Shown here piece by piece: positions 55,034 to 64,000 of a stretch of DNA of 64,000 nucleotides. Under the pieces are notes generated by a model. That model was not told the origin of the DNA, did no database searches, and was given only the letters and a program-made list of their open reading frames with translations. Numbering within the stretch: position 1 is the first letter of the stretch; each line of letters starts with the position of its first letter. The stretch is taken from NCBI GenBank assembly GCA_035542215.1, contig DATKLW010000195.1, positions 4,520-68,519 on the forward strand, written 5' to 3'. Made by a program: the position numbers and the translations under genes. This DNA is from Thermoanaerobaculia bacterium. Its GTDB lineage: Bacteria > Acidobacteriota > Thermoanaerobaculia > UBA5066.

Positions 55034-55930
55034 CTACTCGGCCCGCAGGAGCCGGCGCGCCGCCGCGAGCTCCTTCTTCTTCGCCTCGTCGACCTCCGGG
55101 TAGTGGAGGCCGAGGCCGTCCATTGCGTGGATGATCGCGCCCGCCACGACGAGGCGGGTGAACCACTTGTTGTCGGCCGGCACGACGACCCACGGGGCCC
55201 ACGGCGCCGCGGTCGCGCGGATCGCGTCCTCGTAGCACGCCATGTAGTGCTTCCAGAGCTGGCGCTCGCGCGCGTCCGCCTCCGAGAACTTCCAGTTCTT
55301 GTCCGGGAGGTCGAGGCGCTCGAGGAAGCGGCGTCTCTGCTCCTTGCGCGACACGTTCAGGAAGAACTTCAGGACGACCATCCCGTTGCGCGCGAGGTGC
55401 TTCTCGAAGTCCGCGATGCTCTCGAAGCGCTCCTTCCAGATCTTCTTCGTGACGAGGCGCGGCGGGAGCTTCTGCTTCGCGAGGAACTCGGGATGGACGC
55501 GCACCGCGAGGACCTCCTCGTAGTACGAGCGGTTGAAGATCCCGATGCGGCCCTGCTCGGGCAGGCATTTCGTCGTCCGCCAGAGGAAGTCGTGGTCGAG
55601 CTCCTCGGGCGACGGGGACTTGAACGAGTAGACCTGGCAGCCCTGCGGGTTCACGCCCGACATGACGTGCTTGATCGTCCCGTCCTTGCCGGCCGCGTCC
55701 ATGGCCTGGAAGATCAGGAGGACGCCCCAGCGGTCCTGCGCGTAAAGCTTGTCCTGGAGGTCCGCGAGCCTCTCGACGCCCGCCGCGAGGATCTCCCGGG
55801 CCTGCTTCTTGTCTTCCCTGAGGCCGGCCGTGTCGGAGGGATCGTGGTCCTTCAGCCGGAAGCCCTTTCCGCTCGTGACGCGGTACGGCTTCACGAACCG
55901 CACGATCCGCGACATTTTGATCTTCGCCAT
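55034..55930 (-). CDS. polyphosphate kinase 2 family protein (polyphosphate:nucleotide phosphotransferase)
   Basis: It shows the Walker-like LLIFQAMDAAGKDGTIKHV, then ...FNRSYYEEVL... and the lid region typical of single-domain PPK2. Confidence 0.85.
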   Translation of the reverse strand: MAKIKMSRIVRFVKPYRVTSGKGFRLKDHDPSDTAGLREDKKQAREILAAGVERLADLQDKLYAQDRWGVLLIFQAMDAAGKDGTIKHVMSGVNPQGCQVYSFKSPSPEELDHDFLWRTTKCLPEQGRIGIFNRSYYEEVLAVRVHPEFLAKQKLPPRLVTKKIWKERFESIADFEKHLARNGMVVLKFFLNVSRKEQRRRFLERLDLPDKNWKFSEADARERQLWKHYMACYEDAIRATAAPWAPWVVVPADNKWFTRLVVAGAIIHAMDGLGLHYPEVDEAKKKELAAARRLLRAE

Positions 55931-56068
55931 GTGTCTCTCCCTGCCGGGGGCCGATTCGATTATCCGCTGGACAGCGCTCGCCGGGCCGTTCCCGATACAA
56001 TTACATCAACGGCCCCATAAGCCGGCGTGGGGTAGATTCCGGAGACGTAACCCCGTTTGGAGGTTTCC

Positions 56069-57274
56069 ATGCCGATTCCGTCTTTCCGGCGCTTCCCGCG
56101 CCTGACCGCGCTCCTCGCACCTGCCCTCGCCGGCGCCCTCGCGCTCGCGGCCTGCGGGAAGAAGGAAGCCGCCAAGCTCCCCACGCCCGAGGTCTACGTC
56201 ACGAAGGCCGTCGCGAAGGACGTGCCCGTCGGAATGGAGCTCGTCGGCCAGACGGCGGGCTCGAAGGACGTCGAGATCCGCGCCCGCGTCGAAGGCTACC
56301 TCGACACGGTCGACTTCGTCGACGGCTCCTTCGTGAAACAGGGCGAGCTCCTCTACACGATCGATCCGAAGCCGTTCGAAGCGGCCGTCGCGAACGCGAA
56401 GGCGCAGGTCGCGACGATGAAGGCCCGCGTCGACAACACCGAGATCGAGGAGGCGCGGCTCAAGCCCCTCGCCGAGCAGCAGGCCGTCAGCCGGCGCGAC
56501 TACGACAACGCCGTCGCCGCCCGCGACGCCGCACGCGCCCAGCTCGACGCCGCGAAGGCGCAGCTCGACAAGGCCCAGCTCGACCTCGGCTACACGCGGA
56601 TGACGGCGCCCGTCTCGGGCCTCGCGGACTTCTCGCGCGTCAAGCCCGGCAACCTCGTCGGCCGCGGGGAGTCGACGCTGCTGACGACGGTCTCCGTCGT
56701 CGACCCGATCTACTTCACGGCGTCCATCACGGAGGCCGACTACCTGAAGTTCGCCCAGAGGGTCGCGGCATCGGACGGCTCGAAGCCCGAAGCGAAGAGA
56801 GAGGCAGAGCTCGTCCTCGCCGACGGCTCCGTCTACGAGCACAAGGGCCGGCTGGACGCCATCCAGCGCGCCGTGGACCCGAAGACGGGCACCCTCGCCG
56901 TCCGCCTCCTCTTCGCGAACCCCGACCGCGTCGTGCGTCCGGGCCAGTACGGTCGCATCCGCTTCGTCTCGGACGTCCTGCACGGCGCCGTCTGCGTGCC
57001 GCAGAAGGCCGTGTCGGAGCTGCAGGGCGTCTACCAGGTCGTCGTGATCGGTCCGGACAACAAGGCCGAGATCCGCACCGTGAAGGTGGGGCCGCGGTCC
57101 GGCGACCTCTGGTCGATCTCCGAGGGCCTGAAGGCCGGCGAGACGGTCGTGGTCGAGGGCCTCCAGTCGGCCCGGCCGGGCGCCGAGGTCGTCGCAAAAC
57201 CCATCGAGGAGCTCGCGAAGGCGGCGGCAGCCGCCCCCGCCGCTTCCACGTCCGCCGCGCCCGCGGGGAAGTAG
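56069..57274 (+). CDS. RND efflux periplasmic adaptor (membrane fusion protein) lipoprotein
   Basis: GGAGG lies 5 nt before ATG 56069. The lipobox is LALAACG. It has coiled-coil hairpin and barrel-sandwich motifs (GELLYTIDPKPFEAA..., LGYTRMTAPVSG...). Confidence 0.9.
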   Translation: MPIPSFRRFPRLTALLAPALAGALALAACGKKEAAKLPTPEVYVTKAVAKDVPVGMELVGQTAGSKDVEIRARVEGYLDTVDFVDGSFVKQGELLYTIDPKPFEAAVANAKAQVATMKARVDNTEIEEARLKPLAEQQAVSRRDYDNAVAARDAARAQLDAAKAQLDKAQLDLGYTRMTAPVSGLADFSRVKPGNLVGRGESTLLTTVSVVDPIYFTASITEADYLKFAQRVAASDGSKPEAKREAELVLADGSVYEHKGRLDAIQRAVDPKTGTLAVRLLFANPDRVVRPGQYGRIRFVSDVLHGAVCVPQKAVSELQGVYQVVVIGPDNKAEIRTVKVGPRSGDLWSISEGLKAGETVVVEGLQSARPGAEVVAKPIEELAKAAAAAPAASTSAAPAGK

Positions 57275-57278
57275 CCTC

Positions 57279-60200
57279 ATGTCCGCCTTCTTCGTCCGCC
57301 GGCCGATCGTCGCGATCGTCATCTCGATCGTGATGATCATCGTGGGCGCGGTGGCCCTGAAGGGCCTTCCGATCGCCCAGTATCCCGAGATCACGCCGCC
57401 CCTCATCCAGGTCACGACGACGTTCACGGGCGCGAGCGCCGTGGACGTCGAGCAGTCCGTCGCGACGCCGATCGAGCAGCAGGTCAACGGCGTCGACAAC
57501 ATGCTCTACATCAAGTCGACGAACGCGAACGACGGGACGCTGAAGACGGAGGTCTCGTTCGAGGTCGGGTCCAACCTCGACATGTCGAACGTCCTGACGC
57601 AGAACCGAGTCTCGCAGTCGACCGCCCAGATGCCGCAGTCCGTCAAGGAATACGGCGTCACCGTCAAGAAGTCGCTCTCGTTCCCGCTCGTCCTCGTGAC
57701 GCTCACCTCGCCGCAGGGGACGTGGGACAACCAGTTCCTGTCGAACTACGCGAACATCAACGTCGTCGACCAGATCAAGCGCATCCGGGGCGTCGGCGAC
57801 GTGATCCTCTTCGGCGGCTCCGACTACGCGATGCGCATCTGGATCCGGCCCGACCGGCTCGCGAAGCTCGGCCTGACCGTCATGGACCTTCAGAACGCGA
57901 TCAAGCAGCAGAACCAGCTGTCGCCCGCGGGCCAGATCGGCGGCGAACCCGCGCCGAAGGGCACGCAGTTCACGTACACGGTCAAGACGCAGGGGCGCCT
58001 CCTGAACCCCGAGGAGTTCGGCGACATCGTCGTGAGGTCGAACCCGGACGGCTCGCAGGTCTACCTGCGCGACGTCGCGCGCATCGAGCTCGGCTCGCTC
58101 CTCTACAACCAGACGGGGCGGCTCAACGGCAAGCCGGCCGCCGTCATCGGCATCTACCAGTCGCCCGGGTCGAACGCGCTCGCGGTGCGCGACGCCGTCA
58201 ACGCGACGATGAAGAAGGTCGAGCCGACGTTCCCGAAGGACCTCGTCTGGACGATGTCCCTCGACACGACGGAGGCGGTCTCCGAGGGCATCACGGAGAT
58301 CATCCACACGCTCTTCGAAGCGGTGCTCCTCGTCATCATCGTCGTCTTCATCTTCCTGCAGAACTGGCGGGCGACGCTGATCCCGCTCCTCACGGTTCCC
58401 GTCTCGCTGATCGCGACGTTCGCGATCTTCCCGATCCTCGGGTTCTCCGTGAACGTCCTCTCGCTTCTCGGCCTCGTCCTCGCGATCGGGATCGTCGTCG
58501 ACGACGCGATCGTCGTCGTCGAGGCCGTCATGCACCACATCGAGCACGGGATGGCGCCCCGCGAGGCGACGCTCCAGGCGATGAAGGAGGTCTCCGGGCC
58601 CGTCGTCGCGATCGCCCTCGTCCTTTCGGCCGTGTTCGTGCCGGTCGCTTTCATGGGCGGCATCACGGGCCGCCTCTACCAGCAGTTCGCGGTCACGATC
58701 GCGATCTCGGTCTGCTTCTCGGCGTTCAACGCCCTCACGCTCTCGCCCGCGCTCGCGGCCAAGCTCCTGAAGCCCAAGGGCGAGTCGAAGTCGTTCCTGG
58801 ACCCCTTCTACAACTGGTTCAACAAGGTCTTCGGGAAGTTCACGGGCGGTTACACGTCCTTCGCATCGATCCTCATCCGCAAGAGCGTCCGCAGCTTCAT
58901 CTTCATCGGCATCCTCCTCGCGCTCACGGTCGGCCTCGTGAAGAGCCTTCCGACGGGATTCCTGCCCGACGAGGACAACGGCTACTTCATGATCAACTGC
59001 CAGCTCCCGGACGCCGCCTCGCTCGAGCGGACGGACGCGACGCTCAAGAAGATCGAGCAGATCACGCTCGCGAACCCCGCGATCGAAGGCGTCACGACGA
59101 TCACGGGATTCAGCCTCCTGACGGGCGCCTTCGCGCCGAACACGGGGTTCATCTTCGTGAAGGCCAAGCCCTGGCACGACCGGAAGGACGTGAAGGAGCG
59201 CGTCGACAACACGATGAAGGCGCTGAACGCCGCGTTCTACAAGGGCATTCCCGAGGCGCAGGTCTTCGCGTTTGCGCCGCCGCCCATCACGGGCCTCGGA
59301 AGCGGCTCGGGCTTCACGTTCATGCTCCAGGACCGCGCCGGGCGCAGCCCCGCCGAGCTGGACGACATGGCGAAGAAGTTCATCGCCGAGGCGCGCAAGC
59401 GCCCCGAGATCGGCCGCGTCTCCACGACGTTCCGCGCGACGGTTCCGCAGGTCTACGCGAACATCGACCGGCAGAAGGTCCTCAAGGTCGGCGTGCCCGT
59501 CTCCGACGTGAACGGGACGCTCGGCGCCCTGCTCGGGTCGGCGTACATCAACGACTTCAACCGGTTCGGGCGCGTCTACAAGGTCTTCATGCAGGCCGAG
59601 CCCGAGTTCCGGGCGTCCCCGAAGTCGCTCGGCCTCTTCTTCGTACGGGCGCAGGACGGCAGCATGGTTCCGCTCGACACGCTCGTCACGACGAAGGAGA
59701 CGAACGGCCCCGACTTCACGGTGCGCTTCAACCTCTACCGCGCCGCCGAGATCTCGGGCGTCCCGGCCGAGGGCTACAGCTCCGACGACGCCCTGAAGGC
59801 TCTCGAAGAGACGGCCGCGAAGGTCCTCCCGGCGGGCTGGGGCTACGACTGGTCGAACATGTCGTTCCAGGAGAAGCGGGCGGCCGGAACCGCGGGCGCC
59901 GTCTTCGTGATGGCGATCGTCTTCGTCTTCCTGATCCTCGCGGCGCAGTACGAGAGCTGGTCCCTTCCGTTCAGCGTCCTCCTCGGGACGCCGTTCGCGG
60001 CGTTCGGGGCGTTCTTCGGCCTCTGGGCGGCCCGAAACCTCCTGCCGGCGGTCTACGGGAACAGCTACGTTTCGAACGTCTTCGCGCAGATCGGCCTCAT
60101 CATGCTCATCGGCCTCGCCGCCAAGAACGCGATTCTCATCGTCGAGTTCGCGAAGGAGAACGTCGAGAAGAAGGGCATGCCCGTCGTCGAAGCCGCGCTG

Positions 60201-60470
60201 GACGCCGCGAAGCTCCGCTTCCGGCCCATCCTCATGACGGCGTTCGCGTTCATCCTCGGGGTCGTCCCGCTGCTGACGGCGTCGGGCGCCGGCGCCGAGT
60301 CGCGCAAGGTCATGGGCATGGCCGTGTTCGCCGGGATGCTCATCGCGACGATGCTCGGCGTCTGTCTCGTCCCGGTCCTCTTCGTCGTCGTCGAGAAGCT
60401 GGGCGGGAAGAAGGCTCACGCGCCGGCCGCGCCCGAGACGGCGGCGCCGGCCCCGGCGGGAGGTCACTGA
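57279..60470 (+). CDS. RND (HAE1, AcrB/MexB-like) multidrug efflux permease
   Basis: The 1063-aa product begins MSAFFVRRPIVAIVISIVMIIVGAVAL... and has 12 TM helices with two large periplasmic loops. Confidence 0.95.
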   Translation: MSAFFVRRPIVAIVISIVMIIVGAVALKGLPIAQYPEITPPLIQVTTTFTGASAVDVEQSVATPIEQQVNGVDNMLYIKSTNANDGTLKTEVSFEVGSNLDMSNVLTQNRVSQSTAQMPQSVKEYGVTVKKSLSFPLVLVTLTSPQGTWDNQFLSNYANINVVDQIKRIRGVGDVILFGGSDYAMRIWIRPDRLAKLGLTVMDLQNAIKQQNQLSPAGQIGGEPAPKGTQFTYTVKTQGRLLNPEEFGDIVVRSNPDGSQVYLRDVARIELGSLLYNQTGRLNGKPAAVIGIYQSPGSNALAVRDAVNATMKKVEPTFPKDLVWTMSLDTTEAVSEGITEIIHTLFEAVLLVIIVVFIFLQNWRATLIPLLTVPVSLIATFAIFPILGFSVNVLSLLGLVLAIGIVVDDAIVVVEAVMHHIEHGMAPREATLQAMKEVSGPVVAIALVLSAVFVPVAFMGGITGRLYQQFAVTIAISVCFSAFNALTLSPALAAKLLKPKGESKSFLDPFYNWFNKVFGKFTGGYTSFASILIRKSVRSFIFIGILLALTVGLVKSLPTGFLPDEDNGYFMINCQLPDAASLERTDATLKKIEQITLANPAIEGVTTITGFSLLTGAFAPNTGFIFVKAKPWHDRKDVKERVDNTMKALNAAFYKGIPEAQVFAFAPPPITGLGSGSGFTFMLQDRAGRSPAELDDMAKKFIAEARKRPEIGRVSTTFRATVPQVYANIDRQKVLKVGVPVSDVNGTLGALLGSAYINDFNRFGRVYKVFMQAEPEFRASPKSLGLFFVRAQDGSMVPLDTLVTTKETNGPDFTVRFNLYRAAEISGVPAEGYSSDDALKALEETAAKVLPAGWGYDWSNMSFQEKRAAGTAGAVFVMAIVFVFLILAAQYESWSLPFSVLLGTPFAAFGAFFGLWAARNLLPAVYGNSYVSNVFAQIGLIMLIGLAAKNAILIVEFAKENVEKKGMPVVEAALDAAKLRFRPILMTAFAFILGVVPLLTASGAGAESRKVMGMAVFAGMLIATMLGVCLVPVLFVVVEKLGGKKAHAPAAPETAAPAPAGGH

Positions 60471-60471
60471 G

Positions 60472-61899
60472 ATGAAACGCGCCCTCGCCTCTCTCCTCGC
60501 GCTCTCCCTCGCGGGGTGCATGAGCGGACCCGACTACAAGCGCCCCGAGACGGTCCCCCCGGCGAACCACCGCGGCGCCGCAGCGCCGGCCGCCGAGCAA
60601 TCACTCGCGGACCTCGCGTGGTGGGACCTCGCGAAGGACGATCCCGTCCTCGTCGGCCTCCTCAAGGAGGCCCTTCAGAAGAACCAGGATCTGAAGATCG
60701 CCGCCTCGCGCGTCGAGGAGTTCCGCGCGATCTCGCGGATCAACTACGTCCTGCCGCAGATCAATGCGGGCGCCGGCGCCGCGCGCGGGCGCGTTTCCGA
60801 GAACGTCGCGTCGCCCATCGGCGGCCAGACGGTCAACGCCTTCGACCTCTCCGCCGCGTTCACGTGGGAGATCGACCTCTGGGGCCGCCTCCGACGCACG
60901 AACGAGGCGAACCTCGCCCGCTTCCTCGCGACCGAGGAGGCCCGGCGCGGCGTGTACCTCGCCCTCCTGTCGGACGTGACGAGCGCGTACTTCCAGCTCC
61001 GCGCCCTCGACCTCCAGCTCGAGATCGCACACCGCACCGTCGTCAGCCGCAAGGACAGCCTCGACCTCGTCGAGAAGCGACTGCGCGGCGGGATCGGAAA
61101 CAAGCTCGAGTCGAGCCAGGCCGCCTCCGCCCTCGCCCAGACCGAGGTGGCGATTCCGCAGATCGAACAGGCGATCTTCGAGCAGGAGAACCTGATTTCG
61201 CTCCTCCTCGGGCGTCCGCCCGGCCCGGTGGAACGCGGCCGCGCGATCGCGGAGGTCGCGGCGACCGCCGTCCCCGCCGGTCTCCCGTCCGCGCTCCTCG
61301 AGCGGCGGCCCGACGTCCGCGAAGCCGAAGCGAACCTGCGTGCGGCGAACGCCGAGGTCGGCGTCGCCGAGGCGAACCTCTTCCCGCAGCTCTCCCTCAC
61401 CGGGAGCGCCGGCGTCCAGAGCGCCGACCTCTCGGACCTCCTGAAATCGCCGTCCTTCGTCTGGAACATCGCCGGCGGGATCTTCGCCCCGATCTTCCAG
61501 GGCGGCCGGCTGCGACGCGAACGGGACGCGGCGAGCGCCCGCTGGGACCAGGCCCGCCTCGCGTACGAGAAGGCCGCCCTCGCCGCGTTCGGCGACGCCG
61601 CGAACAGCCTCAACGCGATCGGCAAGACGCGCGAGATCCGCGAGGCCTACGGACGCAACGTGGACGCGCTCCGCGAAGCCGAGAAGACGGCGTTCCTCCG
61701 GTACGACGGCGGCGTGTCGCCGTACCTCGAGGTTCTCGACGCCCAGCGCGAGCTCTTCACGGCCGAGCTGGACTACGCGACGTCCCTCCGCGACCAGAAG
61801 ATCGCCGTCATCCGCCTCTACCGCGCGCTCGGCGGCGGCTGGAACACCCCGGAGATGCCGCCCGGCGGCGCCGCGCCCCCGGCGAACGCCTCGAAGTAA
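60472..61899 (+). CDS. efflux outer membrane factor lipoprotein (NodT/OprM family)
   Basis: It has the lipobox LALSLAGCMSGPDY and two repeats of OEP-type helices (...LDLQLEIA..., ...YRALGGGW). Confidence 0.9.
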   Translation: MKRALASLLALSLAGCMSGPDYKRPETVPPANHRGAAAPAAEQSLADLAWWDLAKDDPVLVGLLKEALQKNQDLKIAASRVEEFRAISRINYVLPQINAGAGAARGRVSENVASPIGGQTVNAFDLSAAFTWEIDLWGRLRRTNEANLARFLATEEARRGVYLALLSDVTSAYFQLRALDLQLEIAHRTVVSRKDSLDLVEKRLRGGIGNKLESSQAASALAQTEVAIPQIEQAIFEQENLISLLLGRPPGPVERGRAIAEVAATAVPAGLPSALLERRPDVREAEANLRAANAEVGVAEANLFPQLSLTGSAGVQSADLSDLLKSPSFVWNIAGGIFAPIFQGGRLRRERDAASARWDQARLAYEKAALAAFGDAANSLNAIGKTREIREAYGRNVDALREAEKTAFLRYDGGVSPYLEVLDAQRELFTAELDYATSLRDQKIAVIRLYRALGGGWNTPEMPPGGAAPPANASK

Positions 61900-61908
61900 G
61901 GAGCGCAC

Positions 61909-62736
61909 GTGGCGCAGAAGGCGAAGAGGAACGGCGGCAAGAAGACCGAGGGGAGCGGAAAGCTCTCCGGGAAGAAGTACGCGAAGGAGCTCCGGCGCCT
62001 GCAGGTCGAGCTGTGCCACCTGCAGGAGTGGGTCAAGCACAAGGGCCTGAGGGTCATCGTGATCTTCGAGGGGCGCGACGGCGCGGGCAAGGGCGGCACG
62101 ATCCGGGCTCTGACGGAGCGCGTCAGCCCGCGCGTGTTCCGGGTCGTCGCGCTGCCGGCGCCGTCGGACCGCGAGAAGAGCCAGATGTACATGCAGCGCT
62201 ACATGCAGCACTTCCCGGCCGCGGGAGAAGTCGTGATCTTCGACCGCAGCTGGTACAACCGCGCCGGCGTCGAGCGCGTCATGGGCTTTTGCACGGACGA
62301 GCAGTACGAGCGCTTCCTCGCACTCTGTCCCGAGATCGAGAAGTACATCGTCGACGGCGGGATCCTGCTGCTGAAGTACTGGCTGGAGGTCGGCAACAAG
62401 GAGCAGGAGCGCCGGTTCGCCGCGCGCATCACGGACCCGCTGCGCCAGTGGAAGCTGAGCCCGATGGACCTCCCGGGCCGCTCGAAGTGGTACGAGTACT
62501 CGCTCGCGCGCGACCGGATGCTGAAGAAGACCGACACGCGGCACGCGCCGTGGACCCTCGTGAGGTCGGACGACAAGAAGCGGGCCCGGCTGAACCTCAT
62601 CGCCCACCTCCTCGAGCGGATCCCCTACAAGAAGGTTCCGCGGGAGAAGATCAAGCTCCCGAAGCGCTCGAACAAAGGCGCGTACGACGACCAGGCGAGC
62701 ATCAGGACGCGGCGTTTCGTTCCCGAGAAGTACTGA
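61909..62736 (+). CDS. ppk2: polyphosphate kinase 2
   Basis: It shows VIVIFEGRDGAGKGGTI..., ...IFDRSWYNRAGVERVMGF... and ...WKLSPMD, the diagnostic class I PPK2 pattern. It starts 9 nt after the OMF gene. Confidence 0.9.
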   Translation: MAQKAKRNGGKKTEGSGKLSGKKYAKELRRLQVELCHLQEWVKHKGLRVIVIFEGRDGAGKGGTIRALTERVSPRVFRVVALPAPSDREKSQMYMQRYMQHFPAAGEVVIFDRSWYNRAGVERVMGFCTDEQYERFLALCPEIEKYIVDGGILLLKYWLEVGNKEQERRFAARITDPLRQWKLSPMDLPGRSKWYEYSLARDRMLKKTDTRHAPWTLVRSDDKKRARLNLIAHLLERIPYKKVPREKIKLPKRSNKGAYDDQASIRTRRFVPEKY

Positions 62737-62753
62737 CGGCGGCCTCCCCCGGC

Positions 62754-64000
62754 CTACTTCAGCGTGAAGTCGACGCGGCTCGCGCGGGCCTTGTCCGTCG
62801 GAGCCGCCGCCTGCGCGCCCGGCTCGAGGACGAAGACGCGCGAGGCGTCCGCCCCGGCCGGCCCGACGAGGTAGTCCTTCACGGCGTTCGACCGGGCGAG
62901 GGCGAGCTGCCGCAGGTCGTCGTCGCCCACGGCCTCGTTCGCGAGCATGAGCTTCTCCATCTCGTCGGCCGGAAGGTCCTTCGCAAACCCCAGGGCCGTG
63001 TGCGGCTTCGGGAACTTCTCCTTCTTGTAGGCCTTCCTGAGGTACGCCTCGCGTTCGGCGGCGTCCACGACGACGTCGTCCACGCTCGCGGGCGGGGTTC
63101 CCGCCTTCACGAGGTCGGGCAGCTTCTGCGCCTTGATCTTCCGCTCGACGCGCGCCCTTCGCAGCCCCTCGAGGTCCGCCCCGGAGAAGCGCCCCGTCGC
63201 CTGGAGCCTCAGGGCCGGCCGCTCGGCGAGCGCCTTTGCGAGGGCGTCGAGCTTCTTTTTCGCGGCCTCGTCCAGGGTCGCGAGGCCGTCCGGGAAGTCC
63301 AAGGTGGAAAGCTCGTCGCCCTTGCCGCCGAACATCTTGCCGAGCAGCGCGAACGGTGCGGTCGCGGCCTTCGCGACGAGGTTCCCGAGGACCTGCCAGA
63401 CGACCTTGCCGATCCGGAACTTCGGGTCGTCGAGCGAGCCCTCGATCGGCAGGTCGAGGTCGATGACGCCGTCCTTGTCCTTCAGGAGCGACACGGCGAG
63501 GCGCACCGGGAGCTTCGTCGCCTGTTTGCTCTCGACTTTCTCGCCGAAATCGAACTGGTTCACGAGAAAGCGGTTCGACGCGCTGAGCTTGCGGTTCTCG
63601 ACCTTGTACGCGACCTCGATCGTGAGCGAGCCGCTCGCGATCGTGTAGCCCGCGTACGTCCCCGAGTACGGCGTGAACGCCGGGAGGTCGATGTCGCGGA
63701 AGCTCGCCTTGACGTCCGCGAACGTCGCGGCCGCGAGCGGGTTGATCGTGCCGGAGACCTGGAGCGGCGAGTGGTTCGCGAGGCTTCCGCGCAGGTCGAT
63801 CGTCGCGACGGTGCCCTCCTCCGAGGAAAGGCCGGCCACGCGCCCGCCGAGGTTCCCGAGCGTCGCCGCGTAGCTCGGCTTGATGAAGTGGTCCGCGAGG
63901 CCGATTCGGCCGCCCTGGATCGTGATCTCGTCGATCCGAATCGGCATCGAGAGGCGCGCGTCCCTTTCCGCCGGGGATGCCGCCGGGGCCGCCGGAGCGG
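62754..64000 (-). CDS. DUF748 / AsmA-like domain protein, C-terminal part (the gene continues beyond the window end)
   Basis: The product shows ...IDEITIQGGRIGLADHFIKPSYAATLGNLGGRV...INPLAA...DIDLPAFTPYSGTYAGYTIASGSLTIEV..., typical of DUF748 repeats. The frame stays open upstream of the first Met at 63947 to the window edge. Confidence 0.7.
   Translation of the reverse strand, partial: APAAPAASPAERDARLSMPIRIDEITIQGGRIGLADHFIKPSYAATLGNLGGRVAGLSSEEGTVATIDLRGSLANHSPLQVSGTINPLAAATFADVKASFRDIDLPAFTPYSGTYAGYTIASGSLTIEVAYKVENRKLSASNRFLVNQFDFGEKVESKQATKLPVRLAVSLLKDKDGVIDLDLPIEGSLDDPKFRIGKVVWQVLGNLVAKAATAPFALLGKMFGGKGDELSTLDFPDGLATLDEAAKKKLDALAKALAERPALRLQATGRFSGADLEGLRRARVERKIKAQKLPDLVKAGTPPASVDDVVVDAAEREAYLRKAYKKEKFPKPHTALGFAKDLPADEMEKLMLANEAVGDDDLRQLALARSNAVKDYLVGPAGADASRVFVLEPGAQAAAPTDKARASRVDFTLK

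Noticed and set aside
50579-56020. A 1813-aa plus-strand ORF, with similar giants at 56727-60521 (minus, 1264 aa), 52974-56000 (minus, 1008 aa), 5944-8115 (minus, 723 aa), 60601-62607 (minus, 668 aa) and 48889-50940 (minus, 683 aa).
   Set aside because: Their composition is dominated by Arg, Gly, Pro, Asp, Glu and Ala with no recognisable motifs. Each lies antisense or out of frame to a gene with clear family signatures (TonB receptor, Kef, PPK2, RND pump, PLD, OMF, gnd). In such GC-rich DNA, stop codons are rare in non-coding frames, so these are shadow ORFs.

Overview
This is a very GC-rich bacterial chromosomal segment. Codon third positions are almost all G/C, so the six-frame track is full of long Arg/Pro/Gly-rich antisense shadow ORFs. 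From the sequence alone I can support about 60 protein-coding genes, one tRNA-Gln(CUG), one TPP (THI-box) riboswitch, eight sigma-54 type -24/-12 promoter candidates, one ~100-nt direct repeat and one gene relic. I saw no CRISPR array, transposase, integrase or phage genes. Recognisable housekeeping content: ackA-xfp (acetate kinase and phosphoketolase), gltX-glnS-tRNA-Gln, pruA, mqnA/mqnC (futalosine pathway), gnd, an Rrf2 regulator with cysK, htrA, mgtA-ftsH, a tripartite RND efflux pump, a Kef-type CPA2 antiporter, two PPK2 genes, a FetAB-like ABC exporter, a UbiB-type kinase, and a class-3 lipase with two PLD-family genes. The unusual part is a dense sigma-54 network. It has three enhancer-binding proteins, one of them PspF-like with no sensor domain. 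It also has two paralog pairs of small STAS-type proteins, and near-consensus TGGCAC-N5-TTGC motifs placed directly upstream of poorly characterised envelope or stress genes. Those genes are three DUF1269-like, four DUF308/HdeD-like, a small coiled-coil protein, a secreted Ala-rich LEA/apolipoprotein-like protein, and a Rieske / glutaredoxin-like / ferredoxin-thioredoxin-reductase-like / Rieske operon. I read this as a candidate undescribed Psp-analogous envelope or redox stress system. A second notable unit is a TPP riboswitch driving a TonB-dependent receptor that is translationally coupled to a NadR-type small kinase. All family names come from motif recognition by eye. No database search was possible, and start codons I moved away from the ORF track are flagged as such.
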